From: an uncultured Clostridiaceae bacterium
GTDB taxonomy: Bacteria > Bacillota > UBA994 > PWPR01
DNA length: 49,334 nt
NCBI GenBank assembly: GCA_964625175.1
Contig: CAZVAO010000002.1
Coordinates: forward strand, 1 to 49,334
Direction: 5' to 3'
Position numbers and translations under genes: made by a program. The first letter of the stretch is position 1. Each line of letters starts with the position of its first letter. The notes below the pieces were generated by a model. The model did no database searches. It saw nothing but the letters and a program-made list of their open reading frames with translations, and was not told the origin of the DNA. Positions 17,480 through 27,120 of the stretch are shown here, piece after piece.

Positions 17480-18547
17480 TTATAGAAATTCTTGCTGCAT
17501 ATGCCTAGGGCACCGGTGTTTCGCAATTCGACACCCACCCTTACAAACCAAACAGCTGATTGGCTCAATATTCGCCTTGAGCTTATTGACAAAATTATAG
17601 TCTGCAACCTGAGCACGCCCCATGGCAACAAAATCCGCCAACCCACCTTCAATGATGGCCGTAGCATCTGCCATGGTCCGAATATCCTGTACCACAATAA
17701 CGGGGATTCCCACCTGTTTCTTAATTTCCGATCCATAATAAACGGGTTTACTGTAAGGGAAATCCTTAGGCTTCTCCGGCTGGTCAAAACGCTCAAATCC
17801 ATAAGACACGTGTAGGATATCGATTCCTATTGCTTCAAGCTGCTGGGCAATCGCTATACCATCTGCTACGGTTGGTTCATTGCCTCCCATCCGATAGCCA
17901 ATAATAAAATCTTGAGGAATATAACGCTTCAATTCTTCCACAATCTCTGCCGTAAAGCGCAGGCGATTCTCAAGGCTTCCGCCATATTGGTCTTTGCGTT
18001 TATTAACGGAAGGCGCGACAAACTGATTGAGCAAATAGCCATGGGCACCATGCAATTCTACCCCATCGGCACCCGCTTTAATCACCCGTTTGGTTGCTTG
18101 TACAAAATCATGTTGCACACGTTTAAAATCAGTATCAACCATTGCCCGGGCACGACGCTGATCCACCTGATAATCCGAAGGGGCAATCACATCACACGGC
18201 TCTATTCCAACTGTTTTTAGCCCTGCATGCATAATCTGCACCAGAACCTTACTTCCATGTTTATGTGCATTCTCCACAATCAGCCGCAGTTGATCGATCT
18301 GTTGATCATCCCAAATGCCGAGCTGAGTGGCACTCAGCATGCCTGTAGCACTAACGGCTAAGGCTTCAACAATAATAATTCCCGAACCGCCTGCAGTAAT
18401 CCGTTGGTAATGCTGCTGTCGCCAGTCGTTTATTAAACCACTACCCGTTTCATCTTCCTTTAAAAATGAAGAAACCATCGGTGGAAATACAATTCGATTC
18501 GCAATTAACTTCCCTTTGAGGCACAAGGGTGTAAATATTCCTGCCAT
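17480..18547 (-). CDS. Old Yellow Enzyme-family NADH:flavin oxidoreductase with a C-terminal Cys cluster
   Basis: 355 aa with OYE TIM-barrel motifs (RIVFPPM, GVELHGAHGYLLNQF, R.DQYGGSLENR). C-terminal CLVCKGGCRIAKHRCPRH. GAGGAGGG RBS. Confidence 0.85.
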   Translation of the reverse strand: MAGIFTPLCLKGKLIANRIVFPPMVSSFLKEDETGSGLINDWRQQHYQRITAGGSGIIIVEALAVSATGMLSATQLGIWDDQQIDQLRLIVENAHKHGSKVLVQIMHAGLKTVGIEPCDVIAPSDYQVDQRRARAMVDTDFKRVQHDFVQATKRVIKAGADGVELHGAHGYLLNQFVAPSVNKRKDQYGGSLENRLRFTAEIVEELKRYIPQDFIIGYRMGGNEPTVADGIAIAQQLEAIGIDILHVSYGFERFDQPEKPKDFPYSKPVYYGSEIKKQVGIPVIVVQDIRTMADATAIIEGGLADFVAMGRAQVADYNFVNKLKANIEPISCLVCKGGCRIAKHRCPRHMQQEFL

Positions 18548-18667
18548 TAAATCCCTCCTCTAATACTCCCTTATATTATAGCATATTGCCAGATGATCAA
18601 CCTATCCATTCAAAGCGATATTCACTATGATATAATCAAAATAGTCCATTATAAGAAGGTGAAGATC

Positions 18668-19255
18668 GTGCCTGAGACCAATATTCAATTCAAAACGCTA
18701 ACATTAGCAGACTTAACGCTCAATTGCCTATCTCACTTTAACCGTTTTCAAGAGACAACAAGGGTTTGGTACCCTAATAAGCAACCACTCAGAAACTATC
18801 CCCGAGGCGCCACACTAGCGAGCTGTTATCAACTTAAAGAAATCTATTTTCGTGACGAATGGGACAATGCAAAAAAAGCAAAAGTCATTACTTCATTACG
18901 CCAGGCGATTACTAGTGGTGGATTTGCCATCGGAGGATATGACAATACCGATTTGGTCGCTTTCGCAAGTATCAACGGTGAGCGCTTTGGTTCCCAAAAA
19001 CAATACCAGGAAATGGTTTACTTCCATGTAAGCAGCAACTATCGGGGACATGGGATCGGCAGACGGCTCTTTCAGCTTTGTGTGGAGCAGTCTCGAAAAC
19101 AGGGGGTTGCAAAACTATACCTCAGCACCCATCCCTCTTTGGAATCACAAGCTTTTTATGCTGTTATGGGTTGTCAACTTGCCCAGGAAATTGACACTAA
19201 AATATATTCCCGAGAACCATTGGATATTCAATTAGAGTATGTAATCTTTGAATAG
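18668..19255 (+). CDS. GNAT-family N-acetyltransferase
   Basis: ORF 18593..19255. The GTG at 18668 follows AGAAGGTGA by about 6 nt and is the preferred start. The acetyl-CoA motif region is YRGHGIGRRLF. The start is uncertain. Confidence 0.7.
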   Translation: MPETNIQFKTLTLADLTLNCLSHFNRFQETTRVWYPNKQPLRNYPRGATLASCYQLKEIYFRDEWDNAKKAKVITSLRQAITSGGFAIGGYDNTDLVAFASINGERFGSQKQYQEMVYFHVSSNYRGHGIGRRLFQLCVEQSRKQGVAKLYLSTHPSLESQAFYAVMGCQLAQEIDTKIYSREPLDIQLEYVIFE

Positions 19256-19395
19256 GCATTATCATCATTTTTACCACGAAGAACACGAAGGGCCCAAAGG
19301 TGCTTTATACGTGGTAGTCCTCAGAATATATGGTGAGGCACTGTATATCATATGAGCGCAATGAATAATATCTGCTTATTGCAGAACCGGTCCTA

Positions 19396-19450
19396 CAATC
19401 GCTTGACAACTGCTTGGCTATTGTTTGACCATCGCTTGACTATTCTTGCC
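19396..19450. repeat. array of five 11-bp phased direct repeats carrying TTGAC-like hexamers
   Basis: Units: caatcgcttga, caactgcttgg, ctattgtttga, ccatcgcttga, ctattcttgcc. Re-phased, these read cTTGACaactg, cTTGGCtattg, tTTGACcatcg, cTTGACtattc, TTGCC. TTTGACCATCG matches the reverse complement of the 906-916 unit (TTTGACCATTG) at 10 of 11 positions. Confidence 0.8.
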
Positions 19451-19472
19451 TGCAAATATAAAACCATCGCCC

Positions 19473-19510
19473 ATCACCTAACTACTACCTAACGACTAGC
19501 TACTAACTAT
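19473..19510. repeat. three 11-bp CCTAAC-type repeats overlapping the promoter region of the 19550 gene
   Basis: cctaactacta, cctaacgacta, gctactaacta, running directly into TGTTATACT, an extended -10-like sequence at about 19510-19518. Confidence 0.65.
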
Positions 19511-19549
19511 GTTATACTATAGGTAAAATTTAACGAGAGGATTTTCCCA

Positions 19550-20581
19550 ATGAAATATAGTTTTAAAAATGATTATAGTGAAGGTGCTCATCCACGCATT
19601 CTCGAAGCCATAGTATCCACCAATCTCATACAACAAGATGGTTATGGTGAAGATCTCTACTGTCAAGAGGCCCGCGAATTAATTCTTAAATCTATGGCAT
19701 CGACCTCAGCGGATATCCACTTTGTCTCAGGGGGCACTCAAGCTAACCTCATTGTCATTTCTACCATTTTGCGGCCCCATGAGTCCGTCATCGCTGTAGA
19801 GACTGGACACATCAACGTTCACGAAACTGGCGCCATTGAAGCAACGGGCCACAAGGTCTGTGTCGCCCCTAGTGCAGATGGGAAATTAACACCTGATTTG
19901 ATTCGATCTGTCGTTAATGGTCACCCTGATGAGCATATGGTTAAACCGAAATTAGCTTATATTTCGAATGCCACCGAAATTGGTACCATTTACACTAAAG
20001 AGGATCTCCTTGCACTAAGAGAAACCTGTAATGAACTCGGCCTCTATTTGTTCATGGATGGTGCGCGTCTCGGATCTGCACTCTGTTCCCGTGCCACCAA
20101 TCTCCAAATGAGCGATTTAAAAGATTTAGTTGATGTTTTCTATATTGGTGGAACAAAAAATGGTGCCCTTTTGGGCGAAGCAATTGTGATTAATAACCCG
20201 GCACTACAAGCTGATTTCCGGTATATGATGAAGCAACGTGGTGCCCTATTGGCCAAGGGACGCCTCCTCGGGATTCAATTCAGAGAGCTCTTTAAGGATG
20301 ATTTGCTTTTTGATTTAGCTAAACATGCCAACAAGATGGCCTTCAAAATTAGCGATCGAATGGCAGAGTTAGGTTACAATTTTCTTGGAACCCCGCAGGC
20401 CAATCTATTCTTCCCAATATTGCCAAACACTATGATTGAGAAGCTCCATGAGAAATACGGGTTTTATGCCAATGAAATCATCGATGCGGATCATACGGCT
20501 GTACGAATCGTTACCTCTTGGGCGACCCCAGAAGCTGTCGTCAATGCATTTATTCAGGATATCGAAACATTAACCCTTTAG
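19550..20581 (+). CDS. threonine aldolase / beta-eliminating-lyase-family PLP enzyme
   Basis: 343 aa. N-terminal F.NDYSEGAHPRILEA, fold-type-I PLP features, and a candidate PLP lysine in IGGTKNGAL. Confidence 0.75.
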   Translation: MKYSFKNDYSEGAHPRILEAIVSTNLIQQDGYGEDLYCQEARELILKSMASTSADIHFVSGGTQANLIVISTILRPHESVIAVETGHINVHETGAIEATGHKVCVAPSADGKLTPDLIRSVVNGHPDEHMVKPKLAYISNATEIGTIYTKEDLLALRETCNELGLYLFMDGARLGSALCSRATNLQMSDLKDLVDVFYIGGTKNGALLGEAIVINNPALQADFRYMMKQRGALLAKGRLLGIQFRELFKDDLLFDLAKHANKMAFKISDRMAELGYNFLGTPQANLFFPILPNTMIEKLHEKYGFYANEIIDADHTAVRIVTSWATPEAVVNAFIQDIETLTL

Positions 20582-20609
20582 CCCTTGTATTGCAATTGTA
20601 TTAACTTAA

Positions 20610-20641
20610 AAAGCCTGACGAGAAATGATCTTGTCAGGCTT
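20610..20641. terminator. bidirectional terminator hairpin between convergent genes
   Basis: AAGCCTGAC, 13-nt loop, GTCAGGCTT. An A-run lies on one side, giving TTTTT for the minus-strand kinase transcript. The T-run on the plus strand is weaker. Confidence 0.7.
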
Positions 20642-20661
20642 TCCTAATTCATAGTTAATGA

Positions 20662-23307
20662 TTATTCGGTATCTATGGGCAAATCAAAATAGAAAATGGT
20701 ATTCTGACCAATTTCAGATTCAAAGGAAATACGACCATCGTGCTCATTGATAATACCATAGCTAATGGATAAGCCCAGTCCCGTACCTTTGTGTCGTTCT
20801 TTTGTTGTATAAAATGGATCAAAGATCCGATCTTTTATTTCAGCAGGTATTCCATTGCCAAAGTCTTCTACAGCAACTCGAACCCATTGTCCTTCCGTAT
20901 CTTCGACATTCATACAGCGGATGATAATGCGTTTGTCTGGGTTATAATCTGGGTATTTATCATTTAAAGCATCCTTTGCATTGATAATTAAGTTCATTAA
21001 CACTTGCTGAATCTGTTCACCAATGCAGTTGATCTCAGGAAGATCATCATCAATCTCTACTTCCAGAGCAATTTGATCCCGTTTTATGAGCGTCCTAACT
21101 AATGATAGGGTTCGATCAATCACTTCTTTAATGGCGTGTTTTTGGTAGTGCTTCGTATTTTGCCTAGAGAATTCTAATAGATTTTTGACAATAATCGAAA
21201 CTCTTTTCGTCTCGCGAATAATCTGTGTGGCACTCTCAATAATCTCCTGATCCTCACAGTCGGTGTCTAATATAATCTGACTATAATTCATAATCCCATT
21301 GATGGGATTGTTAATCTCATGCGCAACGCCACTGGCCAAAGTGCCAATTGACTCCAGTTTTTGATGATTGACGAGGATTGCCTGCGTCGTTTCCCGTTCA
21401 TCTTCTAGCTTTTTCCGATCTGTAATATCCGAATAGTTAATCAAAATACCATCGATAATTGGATCATCATCCATATTTCTAGCCGTCAGCTGAATGTACT
21501 TATAGGAATTGTCCTTACACAAATAACGAAATTCAGTCGTGCTTATTTTGCCAGAGTTATTAAGTATCACTTCAAACCATTCTTGAACCCTCTCTAAATC
21601 ACCAGGATAAACAGTCCCAAAGAATATATCCCCAAGAAGATCCTCAGTATGCCAGTCAAATAAAGCAGTAATATTTTCACTGATGTATTTGACGCGAAAA
21701 TCAGTATCTAAAATTCCAATAACGTCTGAAATATTGGCAATCAGGGCCTTGTGCTTTAATTCGCTTTCGCTCAGCCGTCTCTGAGACTCAAGACTTTCGG
21801 TGATATCGCGCAGAATACAGTGCGTTTGCCGAAAACTGCCGTCCGCATTATAGCTAATTCGACCTTGAAAATGAACCGCTAGTATTTTGCCCGCTTTTGT
21901 TGGCATTTCAAAGACCGTGCCAATTTCTCCACGCTCCTTAAAATATGGAAAGTTGGTTTTGAATTGTTGACTAAAATTGGGGCAAATGAACTTACTGAAC
22001 GACTCTCCAATGACCTCTTCCCTTTCATAACCCATCATCTCGAGCCATGCATTGTTAATCGTGATGAAATCGCCATCCTCATTAAGCGATTGATAAGGAA
22101 GCGGGGCATCCTCAAACATCAGTTTGAAGTTATTCTCGCTTTCTTTCAGTGAGTTCTCTGCTTTTAAACGGTCTGTATGATCCGAAATAATCGAATACAG
22201 GACTTTTTCGCCATCAATACTAACCGGGCTGCTATCCACAATGACATCACGAATGTCTCCAGAGGCTGTTTGATGACGAAAGTAAAACCGCTCTCGATCT
22301 CCATTAAGCGCCCGCTGCATATCCTCATCAATCTCTTGATCTGATTTTAAATTAATATCGTATATTTTCTTTTGCTTAAACTCCTCTTCTGACCAGCCAT
22401 AAAAATCACTGGCTGCTGGATTCGCTAGAATAATCGCACCATTTTTTGGGTTGATCAGTAGCATCACAGCGTTGTTACCCTCAAACATAGTTCGGAACTG
22501 TTGCTCACTCGCTATGAGATTCTTATAGAGTTTATTATAGGGGTTCATAATATTATCCATAATCGAATAATAAAGTAATAGACCAAAGGCTAAAAGTCGC
22601 AAGTAATGGCCCATGAAAGAAATCAAACCATCTACATTACTATAGAGTGTGAAGACAAAACCAGAGAGCGATAATAAAAAGATTACAGCTACATTCACGT
22701 ACAAGCTGGCCCTTGGCATGATTTGCTTGCGTTTATAAAGAATACCCAAACTAAAAAGGTAAATTGCAATGAATAGATACTCCATGATCTTTTTAAAAGG
22801 GGTAATCCCAACTCCCTTGACATAGCAATCTGGGAAGATTCGAGCAAAACACAGCCATGTTAAAATGCCACCGAGGGCTGTGAAAAAACCAAATAGCTTC
22901 CACCACTTAATCGTTTTATCCCCTAATATTGTAAATAGGAGCACATTCAATACTAATACGATATTAAGCGCAATCCACAACTGGGTGGGTAAATTCGTAT
23001 CATATCCTATAAAAACATTCATTCCCTCATAGGTAAGCGCATGTAGAAGGACCATAAATGAAACCGCAAATAAGCCATTGCCAAAACCCCGGGTCAATGC
23101 ATATGTTTGATTGCCATGTGATATTCTAGATACCATAAAAATTAAAGTGCCTGCAATAATAATTAAGATTTCAATTGTAAGATGAAAAACATTAAAATTA
23201 ATATGCGTTAAACTGTACAACAAAATTGCGACAATAGCCCAAAAAAGAAGATGTAAACCGTTCTTATTCAATTCACCCACCTCCTTTCTAACCTGTGTAT
23301 TAGTCAT
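20662..23307 (-). CDS. membrane-bound multi-PAS sensor histidine kinase (no cognate regulator in the window)
   Basis: 881 aa. About 7-8 N-terminal hydrophobic helices, at least three PAS-like modules, H-box SGVAHEINNP, N box LINAKDA, G1 DFGNGI and G2 GTGLGLS. Confidence 0.88.
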   Translation of the reverse strand: MTNTQVRKEVGELNKNGLHLLFWAIVAILLYSLTHINFNVFHLTIEILIIIAGTLIFMVSRISHGNQTYALTRGFGNGLFAVSFMVLLHALTYEGMNVFIGYDTNLPTQLWIALNIVLVLNVLLFTILGDKTIKWWKLFGFFTALGGILTWLCFARIFPDCYVKGVGITPFKKIMEYLFIAIYLFSLGILYKRKQIMPRASLYVNVAVIFLLSLSGFVFTLYSNVDGLISFMGHYLRLLAFGLLLYYSIMDNIMNPYNKLYKNLIASEQQFRTMFEGNNAVMLLINPKNGAIILANPAASDFYGWSEEEFKQKKIYDINLKSDQEIDEDMQRALNGDRERFYFRHQTASGDIRDVIVDSSPVSIDGEKVLYSIISDHTDRLKAENSLKESENNFKLMFEDAPLPYQSLNEDGDFITINNAWLEMMGYEREEVIGESFSKFICPNFSQQFKTNFPYFKERGEIGTVFEMPTKAGKILAVHFQGRISYNADGSFRQTHCILRDITESLESQRRLSESELKHKALIANISDVIGILDTDFRVKYISENITALFDWHTEDLLGDIFFGTVYPGDLERVQEWFEVILNNSGKISTTEFRYLCKDNSYKYIQLTARNMDDDPIIDGILINYSDITDRKKLEDERETTQAILVNHQKLESIGTLASGVAHEINNPINGIMNYSQIILDTDCEDQEIIESATQIIRETKRVSIIVKNLLEFSRQNTKHYQKHAIKEVIDRTLSLVRTLIKRDQIALEVEIDDDLPEINCIGEQIQQVLMNLIINAKDALNDKYPDYNPDKRIIIRCMNVEDTEGQWVRVAVEDFGNGIPAEIKDRIFDPFYTTKERHKGTGLGLSISYGIINEHDGRISFESEIGQNTIFYFDLPIDTE

Positions 23308-23459
23308 GTTTTGTAAATCATCCTATTTGCTACTTGCCGATTGGTATTAGGTCACCGCTTACGCATAAACAGAACTGTATCATTCACTTTTCGTTTATCC
23401 TAATTATTATTTATAAGTATAGCACAATCAATATAAATATAACGCTTATTCATCATTCA

Positions 23460-23502
23460 AACGAAATAAATAGGAGATGTTGAATGCAATTCAACATCTC
23501 CT
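23460..23502 (-). terminator. intrinsic terminator after the M20 peptidase gene
   Basis: Perfect 14-bp stem AGGAGATGTTGAAT, 3-nt loop, ATTCAACATCTCCT. On the minus strand it is followed by ATTTATTTCGTTT. Confidence 0.7.
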
Positions 23503-23559
23503 TTATCCTATTCACCATATAAATTCAAGCGAGGATTCTCAATTAGAGCACTAGAAGCT

Positions 23560-24804
23560 CTATTTTGTAGTAATCAGCGGTTCGTTTACATCTTTCATCC
23601 CTGCCAAAGCAAGCAAGAGTAAGAAAGATTTCTGGGAAGCCCGATACACACCTTCTGGATCAAACCATTCAGCTAGACTGTGAATCCCACCCTCATTTCC
23701 GCCACGGGGTAATGTGACCGCTGGAATGCCCATATGCACGGGCTGATTGGTGTTTGTGCAGCCTCCCTTGGCTAGAATAGGATCCACTCCAACACATTCA
23801 GTTGCTACCCATGCAGCTTGTACAATCGTGCTGTTCACATCTTGTGATCCTGCAGGTACATTGAGAATGCGTTGATACTCAACGGTAACGGCATCGCTAT
23901 CCCAACGCGCATTTTCTTCTTTAGCTCCTGCTTCAAAGCAAGCAATCGCTTGCTCTTGTAATTGATCAAGTTCGGCTTGATTATCCGATCGCATATTAAT
24001 CTTAAAGTTCGCCTTCATCGCAATTGCATGAATCTGGTGTCCTCCTTCAAACAATGATACAGTAAAGGTTGTTTTTGGTGATTTAGGTGGACGCATGTCA
24101 CTGAGTTTGGCAATTGCTCGGCCAGCCGCTTGTAAAGGACTAGGTAGACCAAAGGCGCCGTAGGCATGACCCCCTGGCCCATGATAGGTTACATCATAAT
24201 TGCAGATTCCTGTCGCTTCGTAAACCACTTTTTCGATACCACCACCGTCGATCGAAACCGTCGCATCAATCTCTGGATGCTGCTCTAGAAGCTTACGCAT
24301 CCCCTGCATGCCACCGAGTCCTTCTTCTGCAACAGTGCCTGCAAAAATCAAATCGCCAACCGTTTCAATACCAGACTCCTGCAGTGCTCGAAGAACAGAG
24401 AGGTTAGCCGCAAGACCTCGCGTATCATCACAAATCCCTGGTGCATAAATCTTACCGTCTTTCTCTACAGGTGTAACATCCGTACCAAAGTCAAAAACCG
24501 TATCCAAATGGGCTTCGAGTAAGATAGTCGGGCCCTTCCCCGTTCCTTTTCGTGTGCCTAGAACATTGCCATAGGCATCAATATGGACGTCTGTCAAACC
24601 CAAAGCCTTGAAACGTTCTGCATAATCCTGAGAGCGCTTTTCTTCATGGAATGTCGGTGCTTCAATCACAACCATCTCTTTTTGCTCTTGCAGGGTTAAA
24701 TCCTGATCCTTTTCAATAAAGGCCATTCCCTGCCGTACAACGGTCTCCTGTAAAAGATCCGCAAAAACTTGTTTAATAGCTGGTGTAACTTGGTAATCGC
24801 TCAT
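23560..24804 (-). CDS. M20-family metallopeptidase (peptidase T / ArgE-DapE-like)
   Basis: 414 aa with M20 metal-ligand motifs: EAHLDTV, CDDTRG, AEEGLGG. Contains a dimerisation-domain insert. AAGGAG RBS. Confidence 0.8.
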   Translation of the reverse strand: MSDYQVTPAIKQVFADLLQETVVRQGMAFIEKDQDLTLQEQKEMVVIEAPTFHEEKRSQDYAERFKALGLTDVHIDAYGNVLGTRKGTGKGPTILLEAHLDTVFDFGTDVTPVEKDGKIYAPGICDDTRGLAANLSVLRALQESGIETVGDLIFAGTVAEEGLGGMQGMRKLLEQHPEIDATVSIDGGGIEKVVYEATGICNYDVTYHGPGGHAYGAFGLPSPLQAAGRAIAKLSDMRPPKSPKTTFTVSLFEGGHQIHAIAMKANFKINMRSDNQAELDQLQEQAIACFEAGAKEENARWDSDAVTVEYQRILNVPAGSQDVNSTIVQAAWVATECVGVDPILAKGGCTNTNQPVHMGIPAVTLPRGGNEGGIHSLAEWFDPEGVYRASQKSFLLLLALAGMKDVNEPLITTK

Positions 24805-24909
24805 TATTCATACTCCTTTATAATTAAGTATCTCTTAGCGCTATTTCGATGGAAAAAGCTAAAACCCTGCCACTTTGCAATAATTGATTTTTAATACAGA
24901 CTACTCGCA

Positions 24910-25569
24910 TTAGTCTTCAAGGGGGAATTGAAACGTACAACAACGGTGATCATCATGAAAGCAGAGTTCTAATCCAAGAATTTCCGCGACCACCTGCATA
25001 GTCAGCGGTGTGAAATAGGATATATGGGTACGCTCTCGCCGATAATGCCAATCGTTAAAGGCGACATCGGATTGCGGATGGAAGAGGGTCATCATACAGA
25101 GTACCCCATTTTTCTTGAGAAGCGATTTAAACAGTTTAAAATAGGCTAGTGGATCGAGGAGATGTTCAATAACCTCCGTCACGGTAATCACATCATAGGT
25201 TTTACCCTCAAAAACCCGCTCTGGCGCATAATATAGGTCATAGATATCAACCTGATAGTCAAATTCTCTTGTCAGCACCTCCGCCAATACGGGCGTAGGT
25301 CCACTGCCAAAATCTAACGCCAGTTTACCCCCACTGGCAAAAGGAACCATTGCACAATCAAGGAAGTCACGAAACATCTGCACATAACCCTCGTTCTCAT
25401 AGGAGTTTTGATGTTGGTCGTATTCTTTCTTTTCTGTAAAAGCATCGAGCAATACGCAATCATCGCGGGCAATAAATTCACAATGCTCGCAATAATCGTA
25501 ATACATATTAAATTGGGGATCCAAAAATTGTCTGGTCGGATAACCGCAAATCTTGCAAATCGTAGCCAT
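24910..25569 (-). CDS. class I SAM-dependent methyltransferase with an N-terminal CxxC...CxxC zinc ribbon
   Basis: ORF 24910..25611. A GAGAGGAAAG RBS favours the internal ATG (MATICKICGYP...CEHCEF). SAM motif I is LDFGSGPTP. Confidence 0.75.
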   Translation of the reverse strand: MATICKICGYPTRQFLDPQFNMYYDYCEHCEFIARDDCVLLDAFTEKKEYDQHQNSYENEGYVQMFRDFLDCAMVPFASGGKLALDFGSGPTPVLAEVLTREFDYQVDIYDLYYAPERVFEGKTYDVITVTEVIEHLLDPLAYFKLFKSLLKKNGVLCMMTLFHPQSDVAFNDWHYRRERTHISYFTPLTMQVVAEILGLELCFHDDHRCCTFQFPLED

Positions 25570-25663
25570 ACCATCTTTCCTCTCAGTATCAATCACAATA
25601 TTAACAAACATCTCTAATCGCTGCGCAACTCTACATTTCTTTTACTAATCCAGCGCTGAGGCT

Positions 25664-25691
25664 TTGTCACAATATCCAAATGCGATATAAT
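25664..25691 (+). promoter_or_regulatory. candidate sigma-A-type promoter for the CapA-like gene
   Basis: TTGTCA, 16 nt spacer, TATAAT, about 30 nt upstream of the ATG at 25722. Confidence 0.45.
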
Positions 25692-25721
25692 GGGTACATT
25701 CCGACATGAAAGGCTAAGCCT

Positions 25722-27038
25722 ATGAGAAAACTCGCTCTATTCATCCTCATGATCCTATCAATTGTTTTGATCCTGGCCTATATAAGCCTTATTCCTCAAG
25801 TGCGTGACTGTTCTCCTAGTAGCACTATTCACGACGATCAGCAGACAATCACAATCGCATTTACACATAATATCATACCAGAAACCGTTATTGAAAACAT
25901 TGTAATCGAGCCAGAGATTGATTTTTCTTGGAAATATGACCAGCGGCTCTTGACCATAATACCTCAGAAAGGCTGGGATTATAATCAGATTTACCACCTC
26001 TCCATTGCGAAAGGCTATCGCCATGAGTGGGGGATCCCTGCCCAAGACTCCTTTCAAGCGACGATTGAAGTTGGCAAAGCCGAAGAAATGCAACTGAGCT
26101 TATTTGGGGATATCTTGCTCACAGAGCTCCCGAATCACTTCGATAACCAGGCTCCTAGCTATGCCTATGATCAGTTACCATCGCAGCTGATGGCTGAGGA
26201 TCGTCTTATCATCGCTAATATTGAAGCCCCCTTCTCAACACGAGGCACAGAAATTGCTCATAAAACCTATCGATTTCGAGCAGACCCCGCTATGGTCAAG
26301 GTTTTACAGGCAGGCAATATCGATGCGGTGTGTTTAGCCAATAATCACGCTTTAGATTACGGTGCGGTGGCCCTGGATGACACGGTAAGTTACTGCTCTG
26401 ATGCAGGCATCGAAATAATCGGCTATAAACCTGCACAGAGTGAGCGAGCTCCAGCCACAATTATTGAACATGACGGTTACACTATTGGGCTTCTCGCCTA
26501 CCTTGATGAGACGATTATACCACCAATCCATAGAGCTTTATGGCGGGGTTCCGATTCTGCTTCGGGGGTGCAGATGATTGATGACAGCATTCAAGCGGAT
26601 ATCCATGAGCTAAGTGCCCAAGTCGACTTTGTCGTTGTATCACTCCATTGGGGCGTCGAACGCAGCTACAATACAACGGTGCAACAACAGACGCTTGCCC
26701 ATCAACTCATTGATAGTGGTGCTTCAATTGTTGTCGGCCATCACCCTCACGTCGCCCAAGGAATTGAACGCTATCAGGAGGGTGTCATTTTCTACAGTTT
26801 AGGCAACTTTATCTTCCCGCCCACAAATGAAGCCCGTCGAACAACCTTTGCACCTGTAGTCACAATCAATGAAAGCGGCATCCAAGGGATTGAGCTCTAT
26901 CCGCTTCAACCGACCGATGGAAAACCTGTTCTGATCCCTGCAGAAGATGCCCTTGAATTTTGGAAACAGCTCCAAATCCGAAGTGTTACCTTTCAAACTG
27001 AAATACAGGTAAATGGTGCTACTGCTCTCGTGCCATAG
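25722..27038 (+). CDS. CapA/PGA_cap-family metallophosphatase-like protein with an N-terminal anchor and Ig-like domain
   Basis: 438 aa. N-terminal TM/signal anchor, an SbsA-type Ig-like segment (ITIAF...LTIIP...YHLSI), then CapA motifs (GD.L, ANNHALDYG, HWG.E, GHHPH). Confidence 0.75.
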   Translation: MRKLALFILMILSIVLILAYISLIPQVRDCSPSSTIHDDQQTITIAFTHNIIPETVIENIVIEPEIDFSWKYDQRLLTIIPQKGWDYNQIYHLSIAKGYRHEWGIPAQDSFQATIEVGKAEEMQLSLFGDILLTELPNHFDNQAPSYAYDQLPSQLMAEDRLIIANIEAPFSTRGTEIAHKTYRFRADPAMVKVLQAGNIDAVCLANNHALDYGAVALDDTVSYCSDAGIEIIGYKPAQSERAPATIIEHDGYTIGLLAYLDETIIPPIHRALWRGSDSASGVQMIDDSIQADIHELSAQVDFVVVSLHWGVERSYNTTVQQQTLAHQLIDSGASIVVGHHPHVAQGIERYQEGVIFYSLGNFIFPPTNEARRTTFAPVVTINESGIQGIELYPLQPTDGKPVLIPAEDALEFWKQLQIRSVTFQTEIQVNGATALVP

Positions 27039-27120
27039 TGGTAATATTTAAGCTTTATATTGCCTTAGCAACAAATTATACGTATAATCTAACTAATAGT
27101 TGAATTTAAGGAGAATCATT

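Noticed and set aside
17480-18547. The OYE gene as a truncated pseudogene of a two-domain enoate/dienoyl-CoA reductase
   Set aside because: The ORF is intact with a good RBS. Only 119 nt of non-coding DNA follow it before the next gene, so there is no remnant of a second domain. It is treated as a genuine short form.
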